Source: an uncultured Chloroflexia bacterium (GTDB lineage: Bacteria; Chloroflexota; Limnocylindria; Limnocylindrales; CSP1-4). Taken from it: 64,000 nt of DNA. The notes under the pieces were generated by a model. It did no database searches, was not told the origin of the DNA, and worked only from the letters and a program-made list of their open reading frames with translations. How positions within the stretch are numbered: position 1 is the stretch's first letter; each line of letters opens with the position of its first letter. Positions 9,922-20,187 of the stretch are shown here, one piece after another. The translations under genes and the position numbers were made by a program. Location: positions 160,001 through 224,000 of the forward strand of contig CAVVJT010000003.1 in NCBI GenBank assembly GCA_963748625.1. The letters are read 5' to 3'.

Positions 9922-11328
9922 TCAGGTCCGGCTGGTCTCCACCGGCGGATCCGGCGGGTCGAAGAGGTAGGTGGCAGGGTTGCTCTGGCGCGAGAGCCGT
10001 CCAAGGTCCTCGCCATTGAGGGTGAAGTACGTGGCGCTCGACTTGCCGGTCCGGACCTCGATGGTCTCCTTGGCGGTGATGGTCAGCACCTTGCCCGGGT
10101 TGTAGACCTGGCCGGCCGCGCCGGTCGTCTTCCAGATCTTGCCGTCCACCCAGACCTTGAGCCACGCGTTGGCACCCTTGATCCGGACCACGAGGTTCAC
10201 ACCGCGGTAGACGATGGCGACATTGCGCGCAAGCGAGACGGCCTTGCCCTCGGCCGAGGTCGCCGTGACGACGATCCGCCACTTGCCGGTGGACAGGTCG
10301 AGCGGCGCGTCGAACGAGCCGTCAGCGGCGACGTCCACCGTCGTGGGACCCACCACCTCGCCCACCGGCGCCGGCGTCGCCGTTCCGGGCGATGCCGATG
10401 GATCCGGCGTGGCCGGCGCCACCACCGGGACACCATCCTCGGTCTCGGTCTGGTACGCCGTGATGGAGACGGTCTTGGCGTTGGAGGTGGATCCACGGAC
10501 CGGGACCGCCCCGTTCTCGAACTGCGAGCCCTCCGCGGGCGATTCAACCGAGAGCGTGGGGGCCTCGATGACCAGGAACGGCACGGTGATCAGGTACTGC
10601 GGCGTCTCCTCGGCCGTCTTGCCGGTCTCGGGATCCAGGGCGCTGACGTCGAACTGGTTGCGCCCACGGCGGAGCTCCACCTCGGACTCCCAGCGCCCGG
10701 TCGCGTCCGCGGTCACCCGGTACGGCTGGTCCCGGCCGGCGACGGCGATGGTGACGGTCGCACGCGGGATCGACGTGCCGCGGAACGTGTAGGTAGTCGT
10801 GTCCTCAGGCACCTCGATGACCGCCTCGGTCGGACTGATCACCGTGAGCGTGGGCGGCTTTGCGAAACGGACCAGCTGGACGCCGATGTACAGCGCGAAG
10901 GCTCCCGCGAGCAGCACCAGCAGGACCGCGATGATCGCCACGGGCGAGAACGTGATGCCCTGGCGCGGCGCGGCGAGGGGCTTGGGAACGGCGAGCACTG
11001 GCTCTGCCGGGATGGAGGCGTCACCGCGCTCGCGCTTCCACTGGCGGATGACGTCCTCGGGATCCAGGCCCAGGTACAGCGCGTAGTTGCGCAGGAACCC
11101 CTTGGTGTAGACGGCACCGGGCAGCTCCCGGTAGTCGCCGGCCTCGAGGGCGGCGAGATAGCGGGACCGGATCTTCGTGTCGCGTTCGGCCCGGAACAGG
11201 TCAACGCCCTTGCGCTCCCGCGCGGCGATCAGCCGCTCGGGCAGCGTGGGACCGGCTTCCGTCGCGTAGGCGGGGTCGGCGTCACGCGCACCACCGCGCC
11301 CTCGCCGTGCCTCGTCCCGCGTCGTCAT
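9922..11328 (-). CDS. rodZ: RodZ-like protein (HTH, TM helix, Ig-like repeats, DUF4115-like C-terminus)
   Basis: [29 protein letters not shown]; TM helix; WLKVWVDG C-terminal motif; next to ftsK. Confidence 0.8.
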   Translation of the reverse strand: MTTRDEARRGRGGARDADPAYATEAGPTLPERLIAARERKGVDLFRAERDTKIRSRYLAALEAGDYRELPGAVYTKGFLRNYALYLGLDPEDVIRQWKRERGDASIPAEPVLAVPKPLAAPRQGITFSPVAIIAVLLVLLAGAFALYIGVQLVRFAKPPTLTVISPTEAVIEVPEDTTTYTFRGTSIPRATVTIAVAGRDQPYRVTADATGRWESEVELRRGRNQFDVSALDPETGKTAEETPQYLITVPFLVIEAPTLSVESPAEGSQFENGAVPVRGSTSNAKTVSITAYQTETEDGVPVVAPATPDPSASPGTATPAPVGEVVGPTTVDVAADGSFDAPLDLSTGKWRIVVTATSAEGKAVSLARNVAIVYRGVNLVVRIKGANAWLKVWVDGKIWKTTGAAGQVYNPGKVLTITAKETIEVRTGKSSATYFTLNGEDLGRLSRQSNPATYLFDPPDPPVETSRT

Positions 11329-13883
11329 GCATCGTCCTCGTCAGCGTCCAGACCGGGACCGTCGTCCCGCCGGAGCACAGCCCGCGCGGTCGAACCGTCG
11401 AACGCGCCGATGTATCCACGTGCCTCGAGCTGGTCGATGATCCGCGCAGCCCGGGCGTAGCCGATCCTGAGGCGCCGCTGCAGCAGGGACGCCGAGGCCC
11501 GATCGTACTCCCGAATGACATTGACCGCCTCGAAGAGCAGGCGGTCCGCGTCGTCGTCGGCAAGCTCCTCGACGTTGCCCACAGCCTGCCCGGTGAGCGA
11601 CGTGATGGCGCTGTCGTACCGGGGGTCCTCCACCTGGTCGCACCAGTGCTGGACGACCGCGGCGATCTCCCGGTCCGAGACGAACACGCCCTGGTGGCGG
11701 ATGGGCCGTGGCAGGTCGCTCGGCTGGTAGAGCATGTCGCCGCGGCCGATGAGGTCCTCGGCGCCGGGCGAATCGAGGATGGTGCGCGAGTCGATCTGGG
11801 AGGCCATCGCGAACGCGATCCGGCTGGGGAAGTTGGCCTTGATCAGGCCCGTCACCACGTTGACCGACGGCCGCTGCGTGGCCAGGACCATGTGGATCCC
11901 GGTCGCGCGCGCCTTCTGGGCGAGGCGGACGATCGGGTCCTCCACGTTCTTGCCCTCGCGCATCATCAGGTCGGCGAGCTCGTCGATGACGATCACGATG
12001 TACGGGAGGCGGCGCCGCTCGGGGACCTTGGGGCTCTCGTTGTAGGCCTTGATGTTGCGCGCGGAGACCCCGGCGAACTTCTTGTAGCGGCGCTCCATCT
12101 CCTCGACGGCCCAGTTGAGGGCGGCCTTCGCCTTCTCGGGCTCGGTGATCACCGGGACGAGCAGGTGCGGCAGCTTGTCGCCCTCGCTGTAGGAGGCGAG
12201 CTCCACGCGCTTGAGGTCCATCAGGATCATCCGGACCTCGCGCGGGTTCGCGTTGCACAGCAGGCTCGTGATCAGCGCGTTGACCATGACGCTCTTGCCG
12301 GAGCCCGTGGCGCCCGCGATGAGCAGATGGGGCATCCGGGCGAGATCCACGGCCTGGGCACGCCCGGCCACGTCCCGACCAAGCGCGAAGGTCAGGCGCG
12401 AGATGTGCGGCGCACCGAGGTCCACCTCGTCGAGGATCCGGCGCAGCGCGACGACGTTGAACTCCTGGTTCGGGATCTCGATCCCCACGGCCGCCTTGCC
12501 GGGGATCGGCGCCTCGATGCGGATGCTGCGAGCGGCCAGGGCCATCGCCAGGTCGTCGGCGAGCGCCTCGATGCGGCTCAGCTTGATGTGGGCCGCGGGC
12601 TGGACCACGTACTGCGTGACCACCGGCCCGGCGTTCTTGCCGATGACGTCGGCCTCGATGCCGAAGCTCGCCAGCTTCTTCTTGATGATCGCCTCGTTGC
12701 GCTCGTGCACGATGGACGAGTCCGCCGGCTGGGCGGGCGGATCGCCGGGGTCGAGGAGGTCGCGGGCGGGCAGCATGAAGTCCGCGTCGTCCACCGTGAG
12801 CGCGGCGCGCGACGCATCCACCGGCTCGTCGGCGGGGTGGCCCAGCACCTCGGGCGGCGTGAGCTCTGCGGCCTCGGCAGGGACGCCGGACGCCGTGCCG
12901 TCACCAGCAGTCGGGGGCACAGGGACATCCGCCGGGCGAACCGGGCCGTCACCCCCGGTCGAGCCCGGGGCGCGGGCGGGCGCGAAGGTCGCGGACATCG
13001 GACCTGCCGACCCGGAGGTCACCGGCACCGGCACCCCCAGGTCCTGGTCCACGTCCTGACCGAACGCACCGGTCTGACCCGGCACCGAGCCCGTACCGGT
13101 GGAGATGCGGCCGCCTCGTCCGCGACGCCCGGTCTCCTTGTCGGCCGTTGCGACGCCCCCAGCGGCGGCGGTTGCCGCGGTCCGCGCTGCAGACGATCCG
13201 TCCGCGGCCTGCGTGGGCTTGGTGGTGCGGTCCTGGAGCGTGCCGCCCGCAGCCTTCGCGGCACGCGTCGCGGGCGACAGGAGTGAACGCAGCGGGATGT
13301 CGAACGCGATCAGCAGGCCCGCGAGCACGAGCGCCAGCAGGATGACGAAGGCGCCAGGTGACGTGAGCAGGGACTCCAGGACGCCCGTGAGCAGGCGGCC
13401 GATGCGCCCCCCGCCGGTCGGCTCGCCGTCGAGCGGGTTGACAGCCTGGAACAGTTGGAGCAGCCCCAGGAACCCGACATACGCCATGCCGATCCCCAGC
13501 AGGGTGCGGCCCCAGGGTGCGCCCGGCTGCTTGCCAGGTCCCCATTCCACGTACCAGCCGGACAGCAGCAGTACGAACGGCAGCAGCCAGCGCCCGGTGC
13601 CGAAGAACGGGCCCGAGATGCTGATCCACCAGTCGGTCAGGCTCCCCTCCCCCGGCAGCATCAGCGCGATCAGCGTGACGGCACCCAGCGCGAGGAGGGC
13701 GAGACCCACAAGCGAGCGGACGACATCGGGTGACAGGCCCGTGGAGAGCTTCGGCAGCGGCAGACCCCCGCCCGACGAGCGGGCGCCCCGAGCCGTGCCG
13801 GACCGCGAGCGGGACCTGCTCGTGGTGCCGGACCGGGATCGGGACGACGGCTGACGGGAGGACGTCCTGGGCTGCTTCGCCAC
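11325..13883 (-). CDS. ftsK: DNA translocase FtsK/SpoIIIE
   Basis: N-terminal TM helices, PHLLIAGATGSGKS, IVIDELADLMM, ATQRPS, gamma domain SLLQRRLRIGYARAAR. Confidence 0.97.
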   Translation of the reverse strand: MAKQPRTSSRQPSSRSRSGTTSRSRSRSGTARGARSSGGGLPLPKLSTGLSPDVVRSLVGLALLALGAVTLIALMLPGEGSLTDWWISISGPFFGTGRWLLPFVLLLSGWYVEWGPGKQPGAPWGRTLLGIGMAYVGFLGLLQLFQAVNPLDGEPTGGGRIGRLLTGVLESLLTSPGAFVILLALVLAGLLIAFDIPLRSLLSPATRAAKAAGGTLQDRTTKPTQAADGSSAARTAATAAAGGVATADKETGRRGRGGRISTGTGSVPGQTGAFGQDVDQDLGVPVPVTSGSAGPMSATFAPARAPGSTGGDGPVRPADVPVPPTAGDGTASGVPAEAAELTPPEVLGHPADEPVDASRAALTVDDADFMLPARDLLDPGDPPAQPADSSIVHERNEAIIKKKLASFGIEADVIGKNAGPVVTQYVVQPAAHIKLSRIEALADDLAMALAARSIRIEAPIPGKAAVGIEIPNQEFNVVALRRILDEVDLGAPHISRLTFALGRDVAGRAQAVDLARMPHLLIAGATGSGKSVMVNALITSLLCNANPREVRMILMDLKRVELASYSEGDKLPHLLVPVITEPEKAKAALNWAVEEMERRYKKFAGVSARNIKAYNESPKVPERRRLPYIVIVIDELADLMMREGKNVEDPIVRLAQKARATGIHMVLATQRPSVNVVTGLIKANFPSRIAFAMASQIDSRTILDSPGAEDLIGRGDMLYQPSDLPRPIRHQGVFVSDREIAAVVQHWCDQVEDPRYDSAITSLTGQAVGNVEELADDDADRLLFEAVNVIREYDRASASLLQRRLRIGYARAARIIDQLEARGYIGAFDGSTARAVLRRDDGPGLDADEDDA

Positions 13884-13886
13884 CCG

Positions 13887-15551
13887 TTAGACCTCGACCA
13901 CCACGGGGAAGACCATCGGGCGGCGCTTGGTCTGCTCGTAGAGGAACCTGGACACGCCGTCCTTGATCTGGACCTTGAGCAGCGCGACCTCGGAGATCCG
14001 GTCCCCGGGCGCTTCGACAGCCTCGCGGATGCGCCGGATCGCCTCCTCGATGATCCGGTCCTCCTCGGGCCCGTGGACGAAGCCGCGGGTGATGATCTCG
14101 GGCCGCCCGACCACCTTGTTGGTCTGCTTGTCGATCTGGATGACGACCATGAACATGCCGTCGTTGGCGAGCGCGCGACGGTCGCGCAGGACGATGTCGC
14201 CCACCTCGCCCACGGACAGGCCATCCACGTACACGTAGCCCGCCGGGACCGACGCACCGCGACGGGCTGAGCCGTCGGCGAAGATCTCGATCGGCGTGCC
14301 GTTCTCGATGATGTACACGTTCTCCGGCGCAACGCCGGTGTCGATGGCCAGGCGGCCGTGCTGGACCAGCATCCGGAACTCGCCGTGCATCGGGATGAAG
14401 TACTTGGGCTTCGTGAGCCCGAGCATGAGCTTGAGCTCCTCCTGGCTGGCGTGCCCGGAGACGTGCGCCCGCTTGATCGTGTGGTAGAACACGTTGGCGC
14501 CGGCCTTGAACAGGTTGTCGATCGTGCGGGCCACGTACTCCTCGTTGCCGGGGATCGGGCTCGCTGAGACGATGACGGTGTCGCCGGGCTGGATCTCCAC
14601 GAACCGGTGGTCCCGGTTGGCCATGCGCGCCAGGCCGGCCATCGGCTCACCCTGGGCACCGGTCGTGGCGATGACGAGGTTGGGTGGCGCGTCCTTGATC
14701 CGGTCCTTGGAGACGATCGCAGACGGCTCGTACTTGAGGTAGCCGAGGTCGGTCGCGATCCGGAAGTTCTGCTCCATCGACCGGCCGATGACGGCGGTCT
14801 TGCGCTTCATGTCCGCGGCGGCGTCGAGCACCTGCTGGAGGCGCGCGATGTTCGAGGCGAACGTGGCGACGATCACGCGCCCATCGAGCGGCTCCATGAT
14901 CTCGCGGAAGGCCTCGCCGACGATCCGTTCGGACGGCGTGTAGCCCGGGTTCTCCGCACGGGTCGAGTCGGACAGGAGGCAGATGACGCCCTCCTCGCCG
15001 AGCCGCGCGAGGATGTGGAAGTCGGACAGCTTCCCGTCGACCGGCGTGTGGTCGAACTTGAAGTCACCCGTGTGGACCACGGTGCCCACCGGCGTGCGCA
15101 GGGCGATGCCCATCGCATCCGGGATGGAGTGGCCGATGCGGAACGGCACCGCGGTGAACGGCCCGATCTCCAGCTCGTCGCCCGGCTCCATCGCGATCAG
15201 CGGGTTGTTGTGGAGCTTGTGCTCCTTGATCTTGTTGCCCAGGAGTCCACGGGCCAGGGTGCTCGCGTAGACGGGCACGCCGGGGAACTCGGGCAGGACG
15301 TACGGGAGGCCGCCGACGTGGTCCTCATGGGCGTGCGTGATCAGGAAGGCCCGGACCTTCTCGCGGTTCTCCTTGAGGTAGGTGACATCGGGCACGACCA
15401 GGTCGATGCCGAACATCTCCTCGTCGGGGAACATGAGGCCGCAGTCGATGACGACGATGTCATCGCCGTACTCGAAGACGTACATGTTCTTGCCGATCTC
15501 GCCCACCCCGCCAAGCGGGATGATTCGGAGCGGTGTGCTGGGATCTGCCAT
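13887..15551 (-). CDS. rnj: Ribonuclease J
   Basis: PLGGVGEIGKN, THAHEDHVG, HTGDFK, HVSGH, PMHGE. Confidence 0.97.
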   Translation of the reverse strand: MADPSTPLRIIPLGGVGEIGKNMYVFEYGDDIVVIDCGLMFPDEEMFGIDLVVPDVTYLKENREKVRAFLITHAHEDHVGGLPYVLPEFPGVPVYASTLARGLLGNKIKEHKLHNNPLIAMEPGDELEIGPFTAVPFRIGHSIPDAMGIALRTPVGTVVHTGDFKFDHTPVDGKLSDFHILARLGEEGVICLLSDSTRAENPGYTPSERIVGEAFREIMEPLDGRVIVATFASNIARLQQVLDAAADMKRKTAVIGRSMEQNFRIATDLGYLKYEPSAIVSKDRIKDAPPNLVIATTGAQGEPMAGLARMANRDHRFVEIQPGDTVIVSASPIPGNEEYVARTIDNLFKAGANVFYHTIKRAHVSGHASQEELKLMLGLTKPKYFIPMHGEFRMLVQHGRLAIDTGVAPENVYIIENGTPIEIFADGSARRGASVPAGYVYVDGLSVGEVGDIVLRDRRALANDGMFMVVIQIDKQTNKVVGRPEIITRGFVHGPEEDRIIEEAIRRIREAVEAPGDRISEVALLKVQIKDGVSRFLYEQTKRRPMVFPVVVEV

Positions 15552-15576
15552 CGGTGTTCTCGGTATAGGGGTTGGG

Positions 15577-16347
15577 TCAGAACAGGGTCATCTGGTCGGC
15601 GCCGGGCTCCGCGGGACGGGCGGACTCGGACGGCGCCACGGGTGCAGGCGCGGTGTCGGCCGCGACGGGCGCGGCAGGAGCGGTCGGCGCGGCCGCGGCT
15701 GGCTCGATGATGGCGGGTCCGGACGCTGCCGTCACGGTGCTTCCGTCACCGCCGCGCAGGGCGCGGGCACGGAGGAGGGTCTCCGGTACGCGGGCGATGT
15801 CACGGTAGCTCTCCTGCTCGAGGGCCGCTGTGCGCAGTGCGGCCGCCGGGTGGTACATCGCGAAGACGAGCGCGTTGCGGGCGCCGGTCTCCGGGTCCAC
15901 GGCGGCCGTGGTCCCGTGGACCTGGCCGATTCGGGCGCCGGGCATGAACGTGCCCATCGAGTAGCGGCCAAGCGTCACCACGACGGCCGGGTCGAGCACC
16001 TCGAGCTGGCGGCGCAGGAAGCCCGCGCAGGCGGCGATCTCGTCGGGTTGCGGGTCCCGGTTGTCCGGCGGGCGGCACTTCACCACGTTCGTGATGAACA
16101 CGTCCTCCCGCTGCCAGCCGATCGAGCCCAGCAGGCGGACGAGGAGCTGGCCGGCACGCCCGACGAACGGCCGGCCCTCCCGGTCCTCGTTCATGCCCGG
16201 ACCCTCGCCCACGAAGACGACCTCCGTGTCGGGATCGCCCTCTCCGGGGACGGCTCGAGTCCGGCCCTCGTGGAGCCGGCAGGCGGTGCAGGCGCGGACC
16301 TCGTCCCCAATCCGCTCGAGCGCCTCGCGACGCTCGTCGGGGGTCAC
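15577..16347 (-). CDS. Uracil-DNA glycosylase family 4 (Fe-S)
   Basis: CTAC, VGEGPG..ED..GRPFVG, NVVKCRPP.NR.P, YHPAA; low-complexity tail ending QMTLF. Confidence 0.93.
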   Translation of the reverse strand: MTPDERREALERIGDEVRACTACRLHEGRTRAVPGEGDPDTEVVFVGEGPGMNEDREGRPFVGRAGQLLVRLLGSIGWQREDVFITNVVKCRPPDNRDPQPDEIAACAGFLRRQLEVLDPAVVVTLGRYSMGTFMPGARIGQVHGTTAAVDPETGARNALVFAMYHPAAALRTAALEQESYRDIARVPETLLRARALRGGDGSTVTAASGPAIIEPAAAAPTAPAAPVAADTAPAPVAPSESARPAEPGADQMTLF

Positions 16348-17417
16348 GCGGGCGTTCCCCCGGCGACCCCGGCGGTGTGGCGCTCGCTGCCCTTGCGGAT
16401 CCAGCCGCGCTCGATCAGGACCTCGGCGATCTCCACGGCGTTCGACGCGGCGCCCTTGCGCAGGTTGTCGCTGACCACCCAGAACGCTAGGCCCCTGTTG
16501 TCAGGGACCGACGGGTCCTGGCGGACGCGGCCCACGAACACGAGGTCGCTCCCGGCGGCGTGCTCGGCGAGCGGGTAGATCCTGTTGGCGGGGTCGTCCT
16601 GGATCACGACGCCCGGCACCTTCGCCATGACCTCGCGGGCCTCGTCGGGGGTGATCGGGGCCGTGGTCTCGACGTGGACGGCCTCAGAGTGGCTCATGAA
16701 GACCGGGACGCGGACGGCCGTGCAGGAGACGCGCAGGTCCGGCAGGTGCAGGATCTTGCGGCTCTCCGTGACGACCTTCCACTCCTCCTTCGTGTAGCCG
16801 TTGTCCATGAAGACGTCGATCTGCGGCAGGGCGTTGAAGCCGATGTTGTACGGGTAGACGCTGGCGACCTTCGGGCGGCCCTCGGCGTGGGCCTTGACCT
16901 GCTCCTCGAGCTCCACGATGGCCTTGTGGCCCGTGCCGCTCACCGCCTGGTAGGTGTCAACGATCAGGCGCTCAATGCCGACCGCGTCGCGCAGCGCCAT
17001 CAGCGGCGGCATGAGCTGCATGGTGGAGCAGTTGGGGTTCGCGATGATCCCCTCGTGCCAGTCGAGATCCTCGGGATTGACCTGGCTGACCACCAGCGGG
17101 ATGGCCGGGTCCATGCGCCAGGCACTGGAGTTGTCGATCACCGTGCAGCCGCGCTTGGCAGCCTCGGGTGCAAGCTCCTTGCTGGTGCCCCCACCCGCGC
17201 TGAAGAGCGCGATGTCGATGCCCTCGAAGGCCTCGGGGGTGGCCTCCTCCACGGTGATGTCCCTGCCGTCCACCGTGAGCGTGGTGCCCGCGCTGCGCGC
17301 GGAGGCGAGGAGGCGCAGCTCGGTGTACGGCAGCTGCTTCTCGAGGAGGACCTTGATCATCGTTCGACCGACAGCGCCGGTGGCGCCGACGACGGCGACG
17401 GTGAGCTTCTGGGGCAC
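16344..17417 (-). CDS. asd: Aspartate-semialdehyde dehydrogenase
   Basis: VVGATGAVG, DNSSAWRM, IANPNCST, YQAVSG, DNLRKGAA. Confidence 0.97.
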   Translation of the reverse strand: MPQKLTVAVVGATGAVGRTMIKVLLEKQLPYTELRLLASARSAGTTLTVDGRDITVEEATPEAFEGIDIALFSAGGGTSKELAPEAAKRGCTVIDNSSAWRMDPAIPLVVSQVNPEDLDWHEGIIANPNCSTMQLMPPLMALRDAVGIERLIVDTYQAVSGTGHKAIVELEEQVKAHAEGRPKVASVYPYNIGFNALPQIDVFMDNGYTKEEWKVVTESRKILHLPDLRVSCTAVRVPVFMSHSEAVHVETTAPITPDEAREVMAKVPGVVIQDDPANRIYPLAEHAAGSDLVFVGRVRQDPSVPDNRGLAFWVVSDNLRKGAASNAVEIAEVLIERGWIRKGSERHTAGVAGGTPA

Positions 17418-17430
17418 GTTTGCCTGCCTT

Positions 17431-18450
17431 CTACGCGATGGTTGGGCCGGGCGGGAGTATACCAGCGGGCTCCTGCGCTCCCGAGAGTCCGAGCTCCACC
17501 CCGAGCTCCAGCCCGAGCTCTGCGGCATGCTCCATGCACACGTGGCTGGCGATGTCCACGAACGCGCGTGCGGCCGGTGTGCGGTAGCGCTCCCGGTGCC
17601 AGATGAGGGCGATGCGGCGGGGCGGCAGGTCGGTCGGGATGACGGTGACCGCCGGATCGCCGGGCGTCACGGCCAGCAGCGGCATCAGGGCCGTGCCCAG
17701 GCGCGCGCCGGCCATCGCCTGGACGGTCGCGTTGTCGTCCGAGCGGAACACGAACTGGGCCTCGTAGCCCTTCGCCCGGAGCGCGCGCTCCACGGTCTGC
17801 GTGCTGCCCGCAGAGCGGAAGCCGATCAGGCGCAGGGCGGCGATCCCACGCATCGGCGGGTGCGGCGGGAGGAGCGCCGCCTTCGATCCGGTTGCCGCCA
17901 GGAGGACCCACGGGTCACGAACCAGCTCCACCGCCTCGAACGGCCCGTCCGGAAGCGGCAGGCTGCCGAACGTCAGGTCGAGTCGGCCGAGCTCAACGAG
18001 GTCGAGGAGGCCCTGGTCCGGCGCCTCCGAGAGCTCCACCTCGATCCCGGGCCACGTCGCACCGAACCGCTTCACGATCGCAGGCAGCAGCTTGGACCCG
18101 ACACTCGAGTAGACGCCGACGCGGAGCGTCCCGTGCTCACCGGCTGCGTAGGCGAGCAGGTCGGCGCGGGCCGCCTGGAGGCGCGTGGAGATCGCGTTGA
18201 CATGGCGCAGGAGGAGCTGGCCCGCCTCGGTGATCGTGACCGCCCGCCGTCCGCGTCCCCGGTTGAAGAGCCGCACCCCCAGCGCGCTCTCGAGCGAGGC
18301 GATGTGCTGGCTTACGGCGGACTGGGTGTAATCGAGCGCGTCAGCTGCGCCGTGGAAGGATCCGTGCTCCGCCACGGCCTGGAAGCTGAGCAGCTGGCGC
18401 AGGGAGACGTCGGCCAGCGCCTCGGGCAATACGGCCGGCAGGGTGGTCAT
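17431..18450 (-). CDS. LysR family transcriptional regulator
   Basis: HTH LRQLLSFQAVAEHGSFHGAADALDYTQSAVSQHI; substrate-binding domain; start could instead be 18480. Confidence 0.92.
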   Translation of the reverse strand: MTTLPAVLPEALADVSLRQLLSFQAVAEHGSFHGAADALDYTQSAVSQHIASLESALGVRLFNRGRGRRAVTITEAGQLLLRHVNAISTRLQAARADLLAYAAGEHGTLRVGVYSSVGSKLLPAIVKRFGATWPGIEVELSEAPDQGLLDLVELGRLDLTFGSLPLPDGPFEAVELVRDPWVLLAATGSKAALLPPHPPMRGIAALRLIGFRSAGSTQTVERALRAKGYEAQFVFRSDDNATVQAMAGARLGTALMPLLAVTPGDPAVTVIPTDLPPRRIALIWHRERYRTPAARAFVDIASHVCMEHAAELGLELGVELGLSGAQEPAGILPPGPTIA

Positions 18451-18525
18451 AATATCAGTTTGGCTACTCATTACGCTCATGATACGAGATTGCTCTAATC
18501 AGCGCGAGCACGCAGGATACAACTC

Positions 18526-18636
18526 ATGGAACTCCTGATTGCCCTGATCGTCGTGGTGATCATCGGCGCCCTCGCCCAGACGATCGGTACTGACTCCCGC
18601 GACGCCAACCCCAACCGCCAGGTCGCCTCGATCTAG
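18526..18636 (+). CDS. Small membrane peptide (36 aa, MELLIALIVVVIIGALAQTIGTDSRDANPNRQVASI)
   Basis: AGGA upstream, GC-rich third positions, hydrophobic N-terminal half, own terminator; divergent from LysR. Confidence 0.7.
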   Translation: MELLIALIVVVIIGALAQTIGTDSRDANPNRQVASI

Positions 18637-18655
18637 CCGCACCGCTCCTCAATTC

Positions 18656-18690
18656 GAACGCCCCCGGGCCGCAAGGCCGGGGGGCGTTTC
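18656..18690 (+). terminator. Intrinsic terminator-like hairpin
   Basis: GAACGCCCCCGGGCC-GCAA-GGCCGGGGGGCGTTTC between convergent genes. Confidence 0.8.
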
Positions 18691-18733
18691 CCGTTCATGG
18701 GGGCCGGCACGGCGGGTCACCCGGTTCAGCCGC

Positions 18734-19168
18734 TCAAGCCCCTGCGCGGACCATCCACTTCTCGGGCTGCTGCAGGGGCTCGAACCCGAACGCCGCATAC
18801 AGGCCGTGCGCGTCATCGGTGGCCAGCATCATCCGCTTGAGCCCCTGGAGGCGGGGGTCCTCCATGATCGCGACCAGCAGGCGCTTCCCCACCCCGCGGC
18901 CGCGCACCGACTCATCCACGAAGACATCGCAGATCCAGGCGAACGTGGCCTGGTCGGTGATGACGCGGGCGAACCCCACCTGGCGCCCACCACGGTAGGC
19001 CCCGAAGACCAGCGAGTGCTCGATCGACCGCTCCACAACGGAACGGTCCCGCCCCAGCGCCCAGTAGGCGCGTTCCGACAGGGCCGGATGAAGCCAGTCG
19101 AGATCGAGCTCCGACTGATCCGTGCTGATCCGCAGGTCGTCTGCAGGATCGTGGGGTCCGGCCGTCAT
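18734..19168 (-). CDS. GNAT family N-acetyltransferase
   Basis: QVGFARVITDQATFAWICDVFV...RGRGVGK...AHGLYAAFGF. Confidence 0.92.
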   Translation of the reverse strand: MTAGPHDPADDLRISTDQSELDLDWLHPALSERAYWALGRDRSVVERSIEHSLVFGAYRGGRQVGFARVITDQATFAWICDVFVDESVRGRGVGKRLLVAIMEDPRLQGLKRMMLATDDAHGLYAAFGFEPLQQPEKWMVRAGA

Positions 19169-19341
19169 CGGCTGATGGTACTTGGCGCGGCGGCGCTGCA
19201 TCGCAGCCGCCCAGGGAGCGCGGCAGAAGCCCAGCGCAGCGGCATTGCGCAAGCCTATGATCCGGAGTACCCGGCCACCGCAGAGGTGGCGCGTGCTCGT
19301 CCCGGACCGCGCCGATGTGACCGCACAGCACCGGAGGAACC

Positions 19342-20109
19342 GTGGAACCCACCCGCAAGGCACCCTACTCCGTCTCGAACGACGGCACGGGGCCGTACGC
19401 CATGTTCACCTGCGAGTCGTGCGGGCGCGACTACCGCGCGCAGCCGGTCCTCGTGGAGGAGGTCAAGGAGACCATCGCCAAGTCCGCCTTTGGCGGGCTG
19501 CTGCGCAACATCCCGCTGGTCGGCAACGCCGCCGCGAACCAGGTCGACAACGACCGCTATCGGAACACGCTGACCAACGACGAGCTCGAGAAGGCATGGG
19601 CCGAGGTGAAGGTCAACTTCGCCGAGTGCCAGTCCTGCCGCCGGATCGTGTGCATCCCCGACTTCGACATGGCCTCCGGCTTCTGCAAGGAGGACTCGCC
19701 GCGCAGCGAGGAGCTCCAGGCGCGGGATGCGGAGCAGGCCGGCGCGGCCGCCGCGAGCTTCCTCGGTGGCATCGCGAACGCATTCGGCATCCCCGACGCG
19801 ATGAAGGCCGCTGCGGCCCAGCAGGCGGCCGCGGCTCAGCCCGGAGCGGCTCCGGCAGCACCGTCAGGGTGGGGGGCGCCTGCAGCCGCGACTCCGGCGG
19901 CAACCCCGGTGGCGCCGGCTGCGGCACCCGCCGCGGCGGCCCCTGCCGCCACGTGCGCCTCCTGCGGAGGAGCGTTGGCGGCAGGGGCGAAGTTCTGCGC
20001 CAACTGTGGAACGCCCGTGCCCACCAAGGCCTTCTGCACCGGCTGCGGGAAGGAGCTCGCGCCGGGCGCGAAGTTCTGCGCCAACTGCGGCCAGCCCGCC
20101 GCAAGTTGA
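19342..20109 (+). CDS. Multi zinc-ribbon protein (C-terminal double zinc ribbon)
   Basis: GGAGG SD; CxxC pairs, duplicated GAKFCANCG. Confidence 0.8.
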   Translation: MEPTRKAPYSVSNDGTGPYAMFTCESCGRDYRAQPVLVEEVKETIAKSAFGGLLRNIPLVGNAAANQVDNDRYRNTLTNDELEKAWAEVKVNFAECQSCRRIVCIPDFDMASGFCKEDSPRSEELQARDAEQAGAAAASFLGGIANAFGIPDAMKAAAAQQAAAAQPGAAPAAPSGWGAPAAATPAATPVAPAAAPAAAAPAATCASCGGALAAGAKFCANCGTPVPTKAFCTGCGKELAPGAKFCANCGQPAAS

Positions 20110-20187
20110 GCGTGAGCGGCCCTCGGGGCGCCTGCCCAACATGCGGCCGTTGATGCCGGCGCTGGAGCGCCGGTAGAGGCTCGTCGC

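Noticed and set aside
9414-10010. Imperfect 23-bp inverted repeat flanking the cinA-like gene
   Set aside because: 4 mismatches, one copy inside rodZ coding sequence, no transposase or target duplication; compatible with chance at this GC content
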